This document shows positions 1 through 9,457 of a stretch of 64,000 nucleotides of DNA, piece by piece. Positions within the stretch are counted from its first letter, which is position 1, and every line of letters begins with the position of its first letter. The stretch is from an uncultured Planctomycetaceae bacterium (GTDB lineage: Bacteria > Planctomycetota > Planctomycetia > Isosphaerales > Isosphaeraceae). Under the pieces are notes generated by a model that saw only the letters and a list, made by a program, of their open reading frames with translations, did not search any database and was not told where the DNA came from. Made by a program: the position numbers and the translations under genes. The stretch spans positions 6,560,001 to 6,624,000 of the forward strand of contig CAWIAD010000002.1 of NCBI GenBank assembly GCA_963833985.1. Direction: 5' to 3'.

Positions 1-346
1 GGAGTGCCTGGAGCGGGGCAAAGGGGAGGCGGGCCTGGCCGATTACCAGGTGCGGAACTGGATCGCCTGGCATCACCATCAAACCTTGTCGCTCGTGGCC
101 GCGTGGTTCCTGAATCAGGAGACGCGGCGGGGAAAAAATACAGACACCGGCATTGACGTCACCGCGGTTGCGGCAACTGATCGCAGGGATCATCGAGGAA
201 CGTCTCAACGTCAACAGCCCCGAGAAGCTCTCCCGGTGCACCACACGTTGGTTGGAACGCAACGAGCTCGCCCGATTCTTCCAGCATTACTCACGCAAAC
301 TCTTACCCCCTTTGAAGAACCAACTACGAACGTAGAGATACAGTAG
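1..346 (+). mobile_element. IS701-family element, 3' end (transposase C-terminus and probable right end; 5' part outside the window)
   Basis: Frame from nt 2 reads ECLERGKGEAGLADYQVRNWIAWHHHQTLSL, the IS701 C-terminal signature. The tail appears to continue in another frame after GGGGAAAAAA (129-138) to 335. The end at ...ACAGTAG (346) is tentative. Confidence 0.8.
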
Positions 347-782
347 AAGTATCCAGGTTGGGATCGATCACGGCCATCTCATGCTTACAAGTTGGGGCAC
401 CCGAATTGCTGCCACTCTGCTGGCATCAGCTGTCCGCAGTTTCCTATCCATTGGATACAAATCGCTTTACGCTTGTGGGGCTCGGGTGCAGATCCCACCG
501 CCCAGACGACCATCTGACGCCCCGGGGCGTCGCGAATGGGCCAGGCTATGCAGCACCCTCGCTCGCCATCGCCTCGGCTGGCAGCCCCCGCCGGCCGTGC
601 CGACGGTCGGAGGGAACCCTGACCGACTTCCGCTCGGTCGTCTGAGCCGCGTGAACTCCGAACGACGGCGCCGCGAGGCCTGATGCTGGGGAGCGGGGCG
701 TTGTGGGGCGCGGCTTTCATGCTCCACGGACCCGCACGCTGAGCCCGAGTTCGTGATATGTGTCGCCTGGCCGCGTGCTGGA

Positions 783-3752
783 TCACGGTGCAAAAGGATC
801 TTCCGGAAAGGCCATGTCCAGCAGCAGGAGCTGGAACTCGGGCCGGGGACGGATCAGATCCATGTCGGGCTCGTTCCGGAAGGCGGTCAGGTCGCGAAGG
901 CCGCCTGCGACGGAGGCGGCAGCGGCGGCAATCGCCCGATCCGCCTCGGCTCGGGCCTCCTCGCCGTCGAGCACTCCGGCGAGTAGCGAGCGTGCGCAGG
1001 TCATGTAGAAGCGGCCGAACAGATTGCGCGACTCGGGGAGCGACTCGGTGATCGCGATGGCTGCACGGAGCGTGGAAGCCGCATCACTTCGGCGTCCCAG
1101 TCGGGCCTCGGCACGCCCCTGGGAGATGAGGGCCATGGCCAGATTCAAGCGGGAACGGGTCATCTCTGGATTCGAGGCCACCATCCCCCGCGCCACGACA
1201 ACCGCGTCGCGTGCAACCTCCAGCGCCTCCGAAAGTCGGCCCACGTACGCGAGCGACCCGGCTTGGTCAGATCGAGCGACTGCCAGCCAGTCGCGGAAGT
1301 CGAAGACCGAGGGATGATCGTGGACCAGCTTGCGGTCGATCTCCAATGCTCGTTCCGTCGCCTCGAGTGATTCGTGTTCCCGACCGGCGAAGTGGAGGAT
1401 AAAGCCGAGATTGCCATAGGCGTGGGCTAATAGGAGCTGAGACTGCGTGAGCGCGGGATTTGTCGCCACCAGGCGCTCGGCGGTTTTCCGCATGCGATCG
1501 AGGACCGCCAGCGCCGCGTCGGTCTGTCCCTGGGCGGCAAGCGTAAGCCCCACGGCTTTCTGGCTCAGGCCCAATTCGTAGAGGGCTTCGGTCGCGTCCG
1601 GGGCGGCCGCGACGCACCGCTCGAGAATCGCCTCCCCCTGGCTCGCCGCCTCCAGCGCCTGGGACAATCGTCCTGCCTGAAACAACGCCGAGGCGACGTC
1701 GTACTGAGTCTTGCCCCACTCGGGTTGCCGGGTCGCGTCGCCGGGTGCGGCAGCGGCCTGGGCGGCTCGGGCATCGCGGGCGCTTTCTAATAAGGCCAGG
1801 CCTTCGGATTTGCGTCCCGTATCCCGCAAGATCTTCGCCAGGTTCCACTCGGTCGAGGCCAGATCGGCGCGCAGGGGGATGGAGTCGGGGTGCGCCGCGG
1901 CGAGTCGCGCCAGCCGCTCCTGGGCCGCGCGGAGCGAGGCTTCGGCCTCTGCCGTCTGGCCCACGACCAACTGGGCCTGGCCCACTTCCAGCAGGCTCAC
2001 GGCGGCATCGGCCTGTGACTCGGCGTCGACCCCGGGCTCAGAGGCCAGCGACTCGCGTAGAGACAGAACTTCCTGGTGCCTTTTGAGCGCCTCCGTCGCG
2101 TCGCCCACCTTCCCGGTCAGGTCGGCCAGCTCGAACTCAGCGCTCGCCAGCGCCTGCCGCGAGTCGCGGTCGGACCGCCCTTTCAGGAGCCCGCCCAGCC
2201 GGTCGTGGAAATCGGCCGCCGTCCGCAGCAGACGGTCTCGCAGGCCCTTGAACTGCTCCTCTCTCAGTAGGAAGTCGTCGCTGACGCCGGTCTGCAACGT
2301 GCGGATGGAGTCGAGCGCCAGCGCGAACTGCTGTTGCACGCGGGCCTTTTCGTCGGCCAGTTCGGTATTGGCTCGTTCGAGCCGGCCGTTCAGGCCGCGG
2401 AGCGTGTCATTCGACCGGCGTTCGACCGTCGCCACAGCCGCCAGGCCGGCCAGCAGCGTCAGCCCGGCCACCGTGGCCGCGGTCACCGCCGTGCGGTGCC
2501 GTCGCGACCACCGCCGCAGCCACCGCGAGACCGGCTCCCGCCAGGCCGTCACCGGCTCGTCGGCCATCCACCGCTCAAGGTCGTCGGCCAGCGCCTTCGC
2601 CGAGGGGTAGCGGTCTTGCGGCTCGGTGGCCATGGCCTTCAGGCAGATGGCTTCCAGCGGCCGGTCGAGCGACGGGTCGAGCTGCCGCGGCGTGGCGAAC
2701 CGGCCGGCCTCGACGGCGCGGAGGATGGCGCCGAGGTCGTCGGCCTCGAACGGCGGCTTGCCGGTCAGCAGGCAATAGAGCGTCGCGCCCAGGCTGTACA
2801 CGTCGGAACACGGCCCCAGCGCGTCGAGCTCGCCGCGCGCCTGCTCGGGACTCATGTAGGCCGGCGTCCCCAGAGCGCTGCCGGGCAGGGTCTCGCTCGA
2901 CGAGCCCGAGGATGGGGCGATCGTCCGTTCACCGATCGACGGGTCGGCGCGGCCCACGGCCTTGGCCAGGCCCCAGTCCACCACGAGGGTCTCGCCGTGC
3001 TGGCCCAGGATGATGTTGGCCGGCTTGATGTCGCGGTGGATCACTCCCCGGGAGTGGGCGTAGTCGATGGCGTTGCAAACATCCAGGAACCGCCTGAGCA
3101 GCTTGCGGAGTTCGAGCGGACGCCCACCCGCGGGCCCGCCCCGGTGGAACGACTCGATGGCCTCCTTCAGCGACTCGCCGCGGATGAACCGCATGGCGTA
3201 GTAAGGACGGCCGTCGGCGTAGCTTCCCAGGCCATAGACCGGTACCACGCCCGGGTGCTCCAGCCCGCCGGTGATCTCGGCCTCGGCGACGAATCGCTGG
3301 CGGCTGGTCGGGTCGTCGGCGTGCTGGTCGAGGATCTGCTTGAGCGCCACCTCGCGCTTCAGCTCCGAATCGAGCGCCACGAACACGGCCCCCAGGCCGC
3401 CCCGGGCGTGCGGGCGCAACAGCCGGAACCGCTGGCCGTTGCTGGTGGCAGCGCCGATGGAGAGGTCGACTGTGCGGTCCAGGTCGGCGGCGGTCTCTCC
3501 ATCGTCCGGCTCGGCGGCCCGTCCGTTACCCGATCGAGCGGTGCCCCCGTGGGCCTCCAGGTGCAGCACCGCCATCCCCTCCAGCACCGTCCGCTGGGCC
3601 GGCACGAGATGCCCCAGCGCGACCAGGTGATCGGCCAGGCCCCGCGACCGGTCGAGGGTCCAGGCCTGGAAGCCGGCGAGAAGCTGGGCCTGGCTGATCA
3701 GCCCGTTCTGAAGGCCCAGCAGCCCCACAAGTAGTTGATGATCGGTGCCCAT
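783..3752 (-). CDS. Ser/Thr protein kinase with one TM helix and C-terminal TPR-like repeats
   Basis: ARGGLG, VALK, HRDIKPAN, DWG and GTPAYMSPEQ motifs; hydrophobic segment TAVTAATVAGLTLLAGLAAVATV; helical repeats; C-terminus ...DMAFPEDPFAP. Confidence 0.95.
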   Translation of the reverse strand: MGTDHQLLVGLLGLQNGLISQAQLLAGFQAWTLDRSRGLADHLVALGHLVPAQRTVLEGMAVLHLEAHGGTARSGNGRAAEPDDGETAADLDRTVDLSIGAATSNGQRFRLLRPHARGGLGAVFVALDSELKREVALKQILDQHADDPTSRQRFVAEAEITGGLEHPGVVPVYGLGSYADGRPYYAMRFIRGESLKEAIESFHRGGPAGGRPLELRKLLRRFLDVCNAIDYAHSRGVIHRDIKPANIILGQHGETLVVDWGLAKAVGRADPSIGERTIAPSSGSSSETLPGSALGTPAYMSPEQARGELDALGPCSDVYSLGATLYCLLTGKPPFEADDLGAILRAVEAGRFATPRQLDPSLDRPLEAICLKAMATEPQDRYPSAKALADDLERWMADEPVTAWREPVSRWLRRWSRRHRTAVTAATVAGLTLLAGLAAVATVERRSNDTLRGLNGRLERANTELADEKARVQQQFALALDSIRTLQTGVSDDFLLREEQFKGLRDRLLRTAADFHDRLGGLLKGRSDRDSRQALASAEFELADLTGKVGDATEALKRHQEVLSLRESLASEPGVDAESQADAAVSLLEVGQAQLVVGQTAEAEASLRAAQERLARLAAAHPDSIPLRADLASTEWNLAKILRDTGRKSEGLALLESARDARAAQAAAAPGDATRQPEWGKTQYDVASALFQAGRLSQALEAASQGEAILERCVAAAPDATEALYELGLSQKAVGLTLAAQGQTDAALAVLDRMRKTAERLVATNPALTQSQLLLAHAYGNLGFILHFAGREHESLEATERALEIDRKLVHDHPSVFDFRDWLAVARSDQAGSLAYVGRLSEALEVARDAVVVARGMVASNPEMTRSRLNLAMALISQGRAEARLGRRSDAASTLRAAIAITESLPESRNLFGRFYMTCARSLLAGVLDGEEARAEADRAIAAAAASVAGGLRDLTAFRNEPDMDLIRPRPEFQLLLLDMAFPEDPFAP

Positions 3753-4235
3753 GGAAAACCCCTGCGCTCAGCCCCGATTCCACGGCCCACGCCCTTGGAG
3801 GCCGTGTGAGCACTCGCTCGTTGAAAAGCCTGATCCTACCAGCAAGTGGCTCGCGGGAAGTAGCGACCCGGGATCCAGGCGCTATCCATTAGGTTCACGT
3901 GAACCGACCTAGCCACCTGGACCCGCCACCGGCGGCTGATCGCAGCGATCGCCGGCCATCGCCGGGCCGCGGGTCGGTTGACCGAGAGCCTCGTCCACTT
4001 CCTGAAGGTGTAGAGGATCTACTGCCCGGGGCCGTTTCGCTACGACGAGGCCTCGCGCTCAGGCAACAGGGGGCAAGCCTGTCCCGTCGCTCTACTGTCC
4101 GTTCAGGATCGGGGATGTCGATCATCCGTCTCCCTGCCATGTCGCCCCTCTGTGTTCGGAGGCGTTCTACGCAGCCGATGGCCCGGACGCAAATGACGAC
4201 CAACCATTGATGAAACGGCTTCCAGGCTTTGGGCT

Positions 4236-5353
4236 TCAACGAGACACCTCAACGATGGCGTCGGCGATCGGCGGGGCGGCGTGGGGGAACGCCTCGCGGA
4301 AGGGGGTGAGCTCGCCCAGCAGGGCGGCGATCGTGGCGGCAACCTGGCCCAGAGTGGCCTCGGACGCGTCGGTGCGTTCGCCGAGGCGGGGCGTGTCAGG
4401 GCCGATGACGGCGAGCCAGATCTCGTCGGAGCCGGGCGTGTCCGCGTTGTGGTCGCGCCAATCGCGCGGGGTATGACCCCGGCCATGGTCGGTGGCGATG
4501 ATCAGGGCGTCGTGTCACGGTACTGCGGGTGCGCCTGGAGGGTTTCCCAGAGTTCCTTCAGGTTGGCGTCGAACTGGTGGGAGGCATGCAGATACTGGTC
4601 GTAGCGGCCCCGGTGGGCCTAGTCGTCCACGCCCATCGACAGCAACAAGACGCGCGGCCTGATTCTCGGAAGGGCCTCCATGGCCACCCGGAAGGTGTAC
4701 ACGTCGTCGCGGACGTCGTCCAGTTCCCGGACCGCGTTTTCCATCATGCGCTTCAGGAGTCTGGCGTCGGACGAGAGGTTCGATCCGCCGATCGGCTGCC
4801 AGCCGGCATTCACGGGGATTCCGCTCCGCTCGGTATTGAGGACCCACGGGAGGACGTCCCAGTCTCCGACGACGGCCACCTGGCCCTTGTAGGCATCCCG
4901 GCGCGAGAGCCACTCGAGCACGGTCACGTTCGGGTTGGGCCGCTTGTCATTGAAGTCGATCCGCGGGTCCGCTCGACCGGTGAGCATTTCGTTGTAACAG
5001 GCGTAGGACAGGAGCTTGGTGTTCGTGGCCCGCGCGGGGCTCTTCCGATCGCGGTTGCCGAGCACCAGCCCATTGCGCGCGATCGTGGTCCAGAAGAACG
5101 GCATCAACTTCTGCCGGCGCTGCTCAGGCGTGTCGCCACCGAACGCACGCCGCAGCGCCTCGGGATCCTCCACTCCGCCATCCTCCTTGTTGAACAGGCC
5201 AGGATCCGCGCCATGGAATACCTCGTGCCAGCGCATGCCGGAGTCCATCGCGAGCACGACATTGCGGGTGCGGAGTCGCGCCGGCTGGTCCTCGGCGAGG
5301 ACGGGTACGAAGAGTGACAGGACGAGGGCTGAGACGATCGGGAAGGTCCTCAT
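4236..5353 (-). pseudogene. Secreted alkaline-phosphatase/phosphoglyceromutase-superfamily protein, disrupted
   Basis: Signal peptide and MDSGMRWHEVF motif. In-frame TAG at 4619-4621 (VDD*AHRGRYD, Trp expected). After a 1-nt shift near 4505 it reads LIIATDHGRG...GSDEIWLAVIGP to a stop at 4236-4238. Confidence 0.8.
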
Positions 5354-5407
5354 GCGAGTGCCCCAGTACGGCGGGTGATATGGGCGACGATCACAAGCCT
5401 TCCACCC

Positions 5408-6394
5408 CTACAAGAACTTCACATCGAGATCGGCCAAATGCTGGAGGACGCGATCGAAGCGAAACGGCGGAGGCGGCTGCAAGAAGGTGTACTCCTCACA
5501 GGGATCGCACATGTAACGGAAGAACGGCTCGTTCAAGCCCGGGGCATGGAACTGGATGAACCGGGTGTTGTGGCCCGTGAGCTGGAACGTATGCGGCGTG
5601 AGTGCGGGCACGTGCAGAAAATCGCCCGGTTGTAGAGTTACCTCCTCCTCGCCGGCTGTCATGCTCACGGATCCGTTCAGACAGAAGAAGGTCTCCGTGT
5701 GTTTCTCATGCAAATGATTCGGAATGCGATGTCCCTTGGGTCCGTCCGTCATCAAGGCAAGGAATTTCCCGCCGCTCTGGCGCGAATCGGTGAGGAACGT
5801 GAAGAGCGTATCGCCCGCCATCATGCGCTCCCCTTCGCCGGCCGGGATGACGTACGGTTCGACACCCGCAGGTGCGACGTTGCTCTTCTTACCCGGTGTG
5901 ATGGCTGACGATTCCGGGAGAAACTCAACATCGATGCCGGGCAATGGCTTCCTCCAGTCCGGCGGCTCGGCGTGGGGCGAATAGATCACTGCCTCGGTGG
6001 GCTGGCCGAGCGCCTGGTACATCGCGGCACCGTTGTCACCGAAGGTCCATGTCAGAAGCCTGGTTCGGTGACTCGTGGAAACCAGGCCGTGCGGCGTGCC
6101 CGACGGGACGCTCGCATAATCGCCGCCTTCCAGAGCGAACTCCTTGTCTCGCAACCGCAAGCTGGCTGACCCTTCAAGCACATAGATCGCCTCATGCGAG
6201 TTCCCGTGCCGATGCAACGGCACGTGGAAACCCTTCGCACCGGTCAGCACGACACCCTCCATGAGCGAGCCTGTGTTCTCCCTGCGGCCAATACTCGTTG
6301 CCAGAAAGGGACCGAGCAGATACCGTCGACCTTCACCACTTTCGAGGAAGTAAGGCTGCTTCACGCCGGGAAGCTTGTTCTGGTACACATTCAC
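5408..6394 (-). CDS. qdoI: Quercetin 2,3-dioxygenase (bicupin)
   Basis: Two cupin motifs (PLHRHGNSHEAIY, PNHLHEKHTETF); N-terminal PYFLESGEGRRYL resembles Bacillus YxaG/QdoI. Confidence 0.85.
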   Translation of the reverse strand: MNVYQNKLPGVKQPYFLESGEGRRYLLGPFLATSIGRRENTGSLMEGVVLTGAKGFHVPLHRHGNSHEAIYVLEGSASLRLRDKEFALEGGDYASVPSGTPHGLVSTSHRTRLLTWTFGDNGAAMYQALGQPTEAVIYSPHAEPPDWRKPLPGIDVEFLPESSAITPGKKSNVAPAGVEPYVIPAGEGERMMAGDTLFTFLTDSRQSGGKFLALMTDGPKGHRIPNHLHEKHTETFFCLNGSVSMTAGEEEVTLQPGDFLHVPALTPHTFQLTGHNTRFIQFHAPGLNEPFFRYMCDPCEEYTFLQPPPPFRFDRVLQHLADLDVKFL

Positions 6395-6728
6395 TTCTCC
6401 GTGTTGGTTCAGCCTGAAATGGAGCGCGGGTGCACTCGATTGTTGAGCATGTCGAGCACCTCGGATAGCCGCTCTTCAGCCTGATGACCGAGATAAGTTT
6501 TCCGGCCGGCTGCAACGATGTTCTGTCTCGAGGGGATGTGATGCCGGCCCGGTCAATGTCATCGACTCTCGCGGTCACTTGACGAATCGCCTCTGTTTGA
6601 GCCCAGATTTGACCTCAATGAACCATTCCCTTTTGGCCTGAAAGGGCGGCAGGCGCCGAGAGCCTTCTGCCAGTGATCCAGGGAGTGTTGGATTTGAAGG
6701 ACCCGGGTCATCCGCCCTTACCAGATGC

Positions 6729-7493
6729 TCAAATCCCCGCGTACCAGGAGTAGCCATGTTCCGGTGAGGCGGAGCCAAGGCCCTTGCCAAACGCCGGCAA
6801 GTTGTCGGTCACGGTCAGGCGGGTGATGTATTTGACGCTCTTGTAGCCCAACTGTCGCGGCACCCGCATCCGGAGCGGACCGCCAAATCCGACCGGCAAA
6901 TCACCCCCATTGAATCCATAGCTGAGCAGGGTCTGCGGGTGCAGCGCATCGGCCATGTCCAGGCTGTCCCACCATTCTGCTTTATCGATCGAATAATAGA
7001 CAACGAACTTTGCCTGGGGGAGAATTCCGGCCACTTCCAGAACGCGAGCCAAAGGTGTCCCGATCCATTCGGCGATATACGACCAGCCCTCTTCACAGGT
7101 TACCTGCGTGACCTGGTTGCTCACAGGTAGACTTCGCAGTTCGGAAAGCGAAAACGACCCGGGATGCGTGACCAAGCCGTCGATCTCCAGCCGCCAATCC
7201 GCGAACCCGCCCGCCTGTAGCTTCTTGAAGGCTTCGAGTTCGGGCGGCTTGCCGTTGGCGAAGGGAGCCTTGGAGATCTGGCTTCGCGTGAACTCGCGAG
7301 CCATGGACCGACGCGTCAACAGCCGTTGCGCCGCATAGGTCAGCGTCGTCCCCGCGCCGTACAGCCCCGCGCCATCGGGCGGGACAAGCCCATACCGGGC
7401 GGCCAGCTTCGCAGCAACGGCCAGGCCCGACAAACCCGCGGCTGCGCCGATTCCGGAGGTTAGCCATTTCCTCCGCGATGATCTGTCGTTCAT
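6729..7493 (-). CDS. Molybdopterin-dependent oxidoreductase, sulfite-oxidase family (MsrP/YedY-like)
   Basis: Twin-arginine-like SRRKWL; CEEGWS Mo-ligand Cys; GGPLRMRVPRQLGYKSVKYI. Confidence 0.9.
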   Translation of the reverse strand: MNDRSSRRKWLTSGIGAAAGLSGLAVAAKLAARYGLVPPDGAGLYGAGTTLTYAAQRLLTRRSMAREFTRSQISKAPFANGKPPELEAFKKLQAGGFADWRLEIDGLVTHPGSFSLSELRSLPVSNQVTQVTCEEGWSYIAEWIGTPLARVLEVAGILPQAKFVVYYSIDKAEWWDSLDMADALHPQTLLSYGFNGGDLPVGFGGPLRMRVPRQLGYKSVKYITRLTVTDNLPAFGKGLGSASPEHGYSWYAGI

Positions 7494-8248
7494 AACTTTT
7501 CCAGGGATTTACCAGTGATCATGCCACTCATGCGGCTGCGGAATCCGGCCAGGCAAACCATCAGTACGTGCACGATGACGAAAAGCACGAGGAACAGGGT
7601 GCCAATGAAGTGCAAGGTGCGTGCGGATTGATGACCGCCGAGAACATTCACGAAGAAGGGAAACGCCGAAGTGACAGCCGGTGACATGGCGAGTCCGGTC
7701 CAGATCATCAGCGGGAACGCCCCGAAGATCACGACGAGATAGGCGAACCGCTGAAGAGGATTGTAGGTTTGATGGTCTCCCCCGAACTTGAACCGCAGGT
7801 GGTTCGCGAAGACTCTTGCCAACTCACCGGGCGACAGGTCGGCGCGGGAGGGTACCAGGTCTCTTCGAATGTGGCCCGAGAGCACCCCGGACAGGACGTA
7901 CCACAGGCCGGCCGCGACCACCACCCACGCCGTTTGAAAGTGAAGCGACCGGCTCCAACCGTTCTGGTCCGGCAAGGTGTAGCCAAACCCCGTGGGAACC
8001 GAAGCTCGCGAAGCAGGGATGGGAATGGAGAAGAAGGCCGGCGTGTTGACGTTGCCTTCTTCACCCCAATAAAAACGCGGATGAGAGATGACGATCTCCG
8101 CCCCGCTGAGGAGCAACGCCAGAAGGCACAAGGCCACAACCCAGTGGGACACCCGCACCGTCGCGCTATGCCGAATCGCCGCGGCCGGAACTGCCGCCGT
8201 GGCGGAGGAAGAGGGTCTCAATTCTGATGTGGAGGCGGAACCAGCCAT
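7490..8248 (-). CDS. Cytochrome b/b6-domain membrane partner of the Mo enzyme
   Basis: RHSATVRVSHW, RSLHF, YNPLQR and ARTLHF...HV heme-ligand motifs; 4-nt overlap with the downstream gene. Confidence 0.9.
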   Translation of the reverse strand: MAGSASTSELRPSSSATAAVPAAAIRHSATVRVSHWVVALCLLALLLSGAEIVISHPRFYWGEEGNVNTPAFFSIPIPASRASVPTGFGYTLPDQNGWSRSLHFQTAWVVVAAGLWYVLSGVLSGHIRRDLVPSRADLSPGELARVFANHLRFKFGGDHQTYNPLQRFAYLVVIFGAFPLMIWTGLAMSPAVTSAFPFFVNVLGGHQSARTLHFIGTLFLVLFVIVHVLMVCLAGFRSRMSGMITGKSLEKL

Positions 8249-8621
8249 GGTAGCGCAAGTGTTGGGTTTACGGCTCGGAGATTTGAGAGATGATCTGGCC
8301 GGGAACGCGATATGTCAAGAAGGTAACCAATAATCACGCCGTAGCGAGGTTCGGATTGGCGGGGGGTTGAGCGGAACGGGTGTCAATGCACGGTAACCGA
8401 TCAGCGAACCGCGTTCTTGGCCTGGCGGGCGAGGGCCAGGCGAGCTGGTGCCGTGCTGGAGACGACGAGGAAGGGCTTCATGCGTAGGCTCCAGGATGGT
8501 GGGTGTCAGGAGCGACGATCTTAGATCCCTGGGCCCCGCAATCTAGTGTCCTGAGTTACAATTTCGCCAAATAACCTTGACTTATCGTTTATATCATCAT
8601 ATAATCTTTCAAATGAGATTT

Positions 8622-9457
8622 ATGATGAATAAAGGTGGTCGCCCCAAGGCTACTCTCACTTTGAATGATGTCGAGCGCCAGAAACTCGAAGCGTGGTCGC
8701 GCCGGCCCAAGACCAGCCAGCGTCTCGCCCTCCGTTCGCGGATCATCTTGGCTTGCGCTCAAGGTTTCGATAATCAGGAAATCGCCGCACAACTCCGGGT
8801 GAATGTCGTGACGGTCGGGAAATGGCGGAAACGTTTCCTCCTCGATCGTCTCGACGGCCTGTCCGACGAGCCAAGGCCGGGGGCGCCCTGCAAAATCACG
8901 GACGCAATGGTCGAGGCCGTTGTGACCAAGACTCTGGAGGAGAAACCCAAGGCCGCCACGCATTGGAGCACTCGGGGCATGGCGGAAGCCGTCGGCTTGT
9001 CTCAGACAGCGATCTCGCGTATCTGGCGAGCGTTCGAGTTGAAGCCTCACCGCAGCGAGACGTTCAAGCTTTCCACGGACCCCTTTTTCATCGAGAAGGT
9101 CCGCGACATCGTCGGGTTGTATATGAGCCCGCCGGAGCGCGCTATCGTCTTGAGCATCGACGAGAAGAGCCAGGTGCAAGCGTTGGACCGTACCCAGCCG
9201 TTGCTTCCCATGGGGCCTGGCCAGGCGGAGAGGCGAACTCCGGATTATGTACGCAATGGGACGACTTCGCTGTTCGCCGCCTTGGACGTCGCGACAGGTC
9301 GTGTGATTGGCAAATGCTACCGTCGCCATCGACAACAAGAATTCCTCAAATTCCTCAACGAGATCGATAGCCAGATCGCCAAAGCACCAGGCGTCGAGAT
9401 TCACCTCGTCATGGACAACTACGGCACACACAAAGCTCCAGCCGTGAAGCGGTGGTT
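8622..9457 (+). pseudogene. IS630 transposase, 5' part
   Basis: HTH region, then [26 protein letters not shown] and VMDNYGTHK; broken at KRW by the IS1634 insertion; start approximate. Confidence 0.9.

Noticed and set aside
347..782. Short ORFs after the IS701 end
   Set aside because: No recognisable homology or RBS; likely intergenic or decayed sequence
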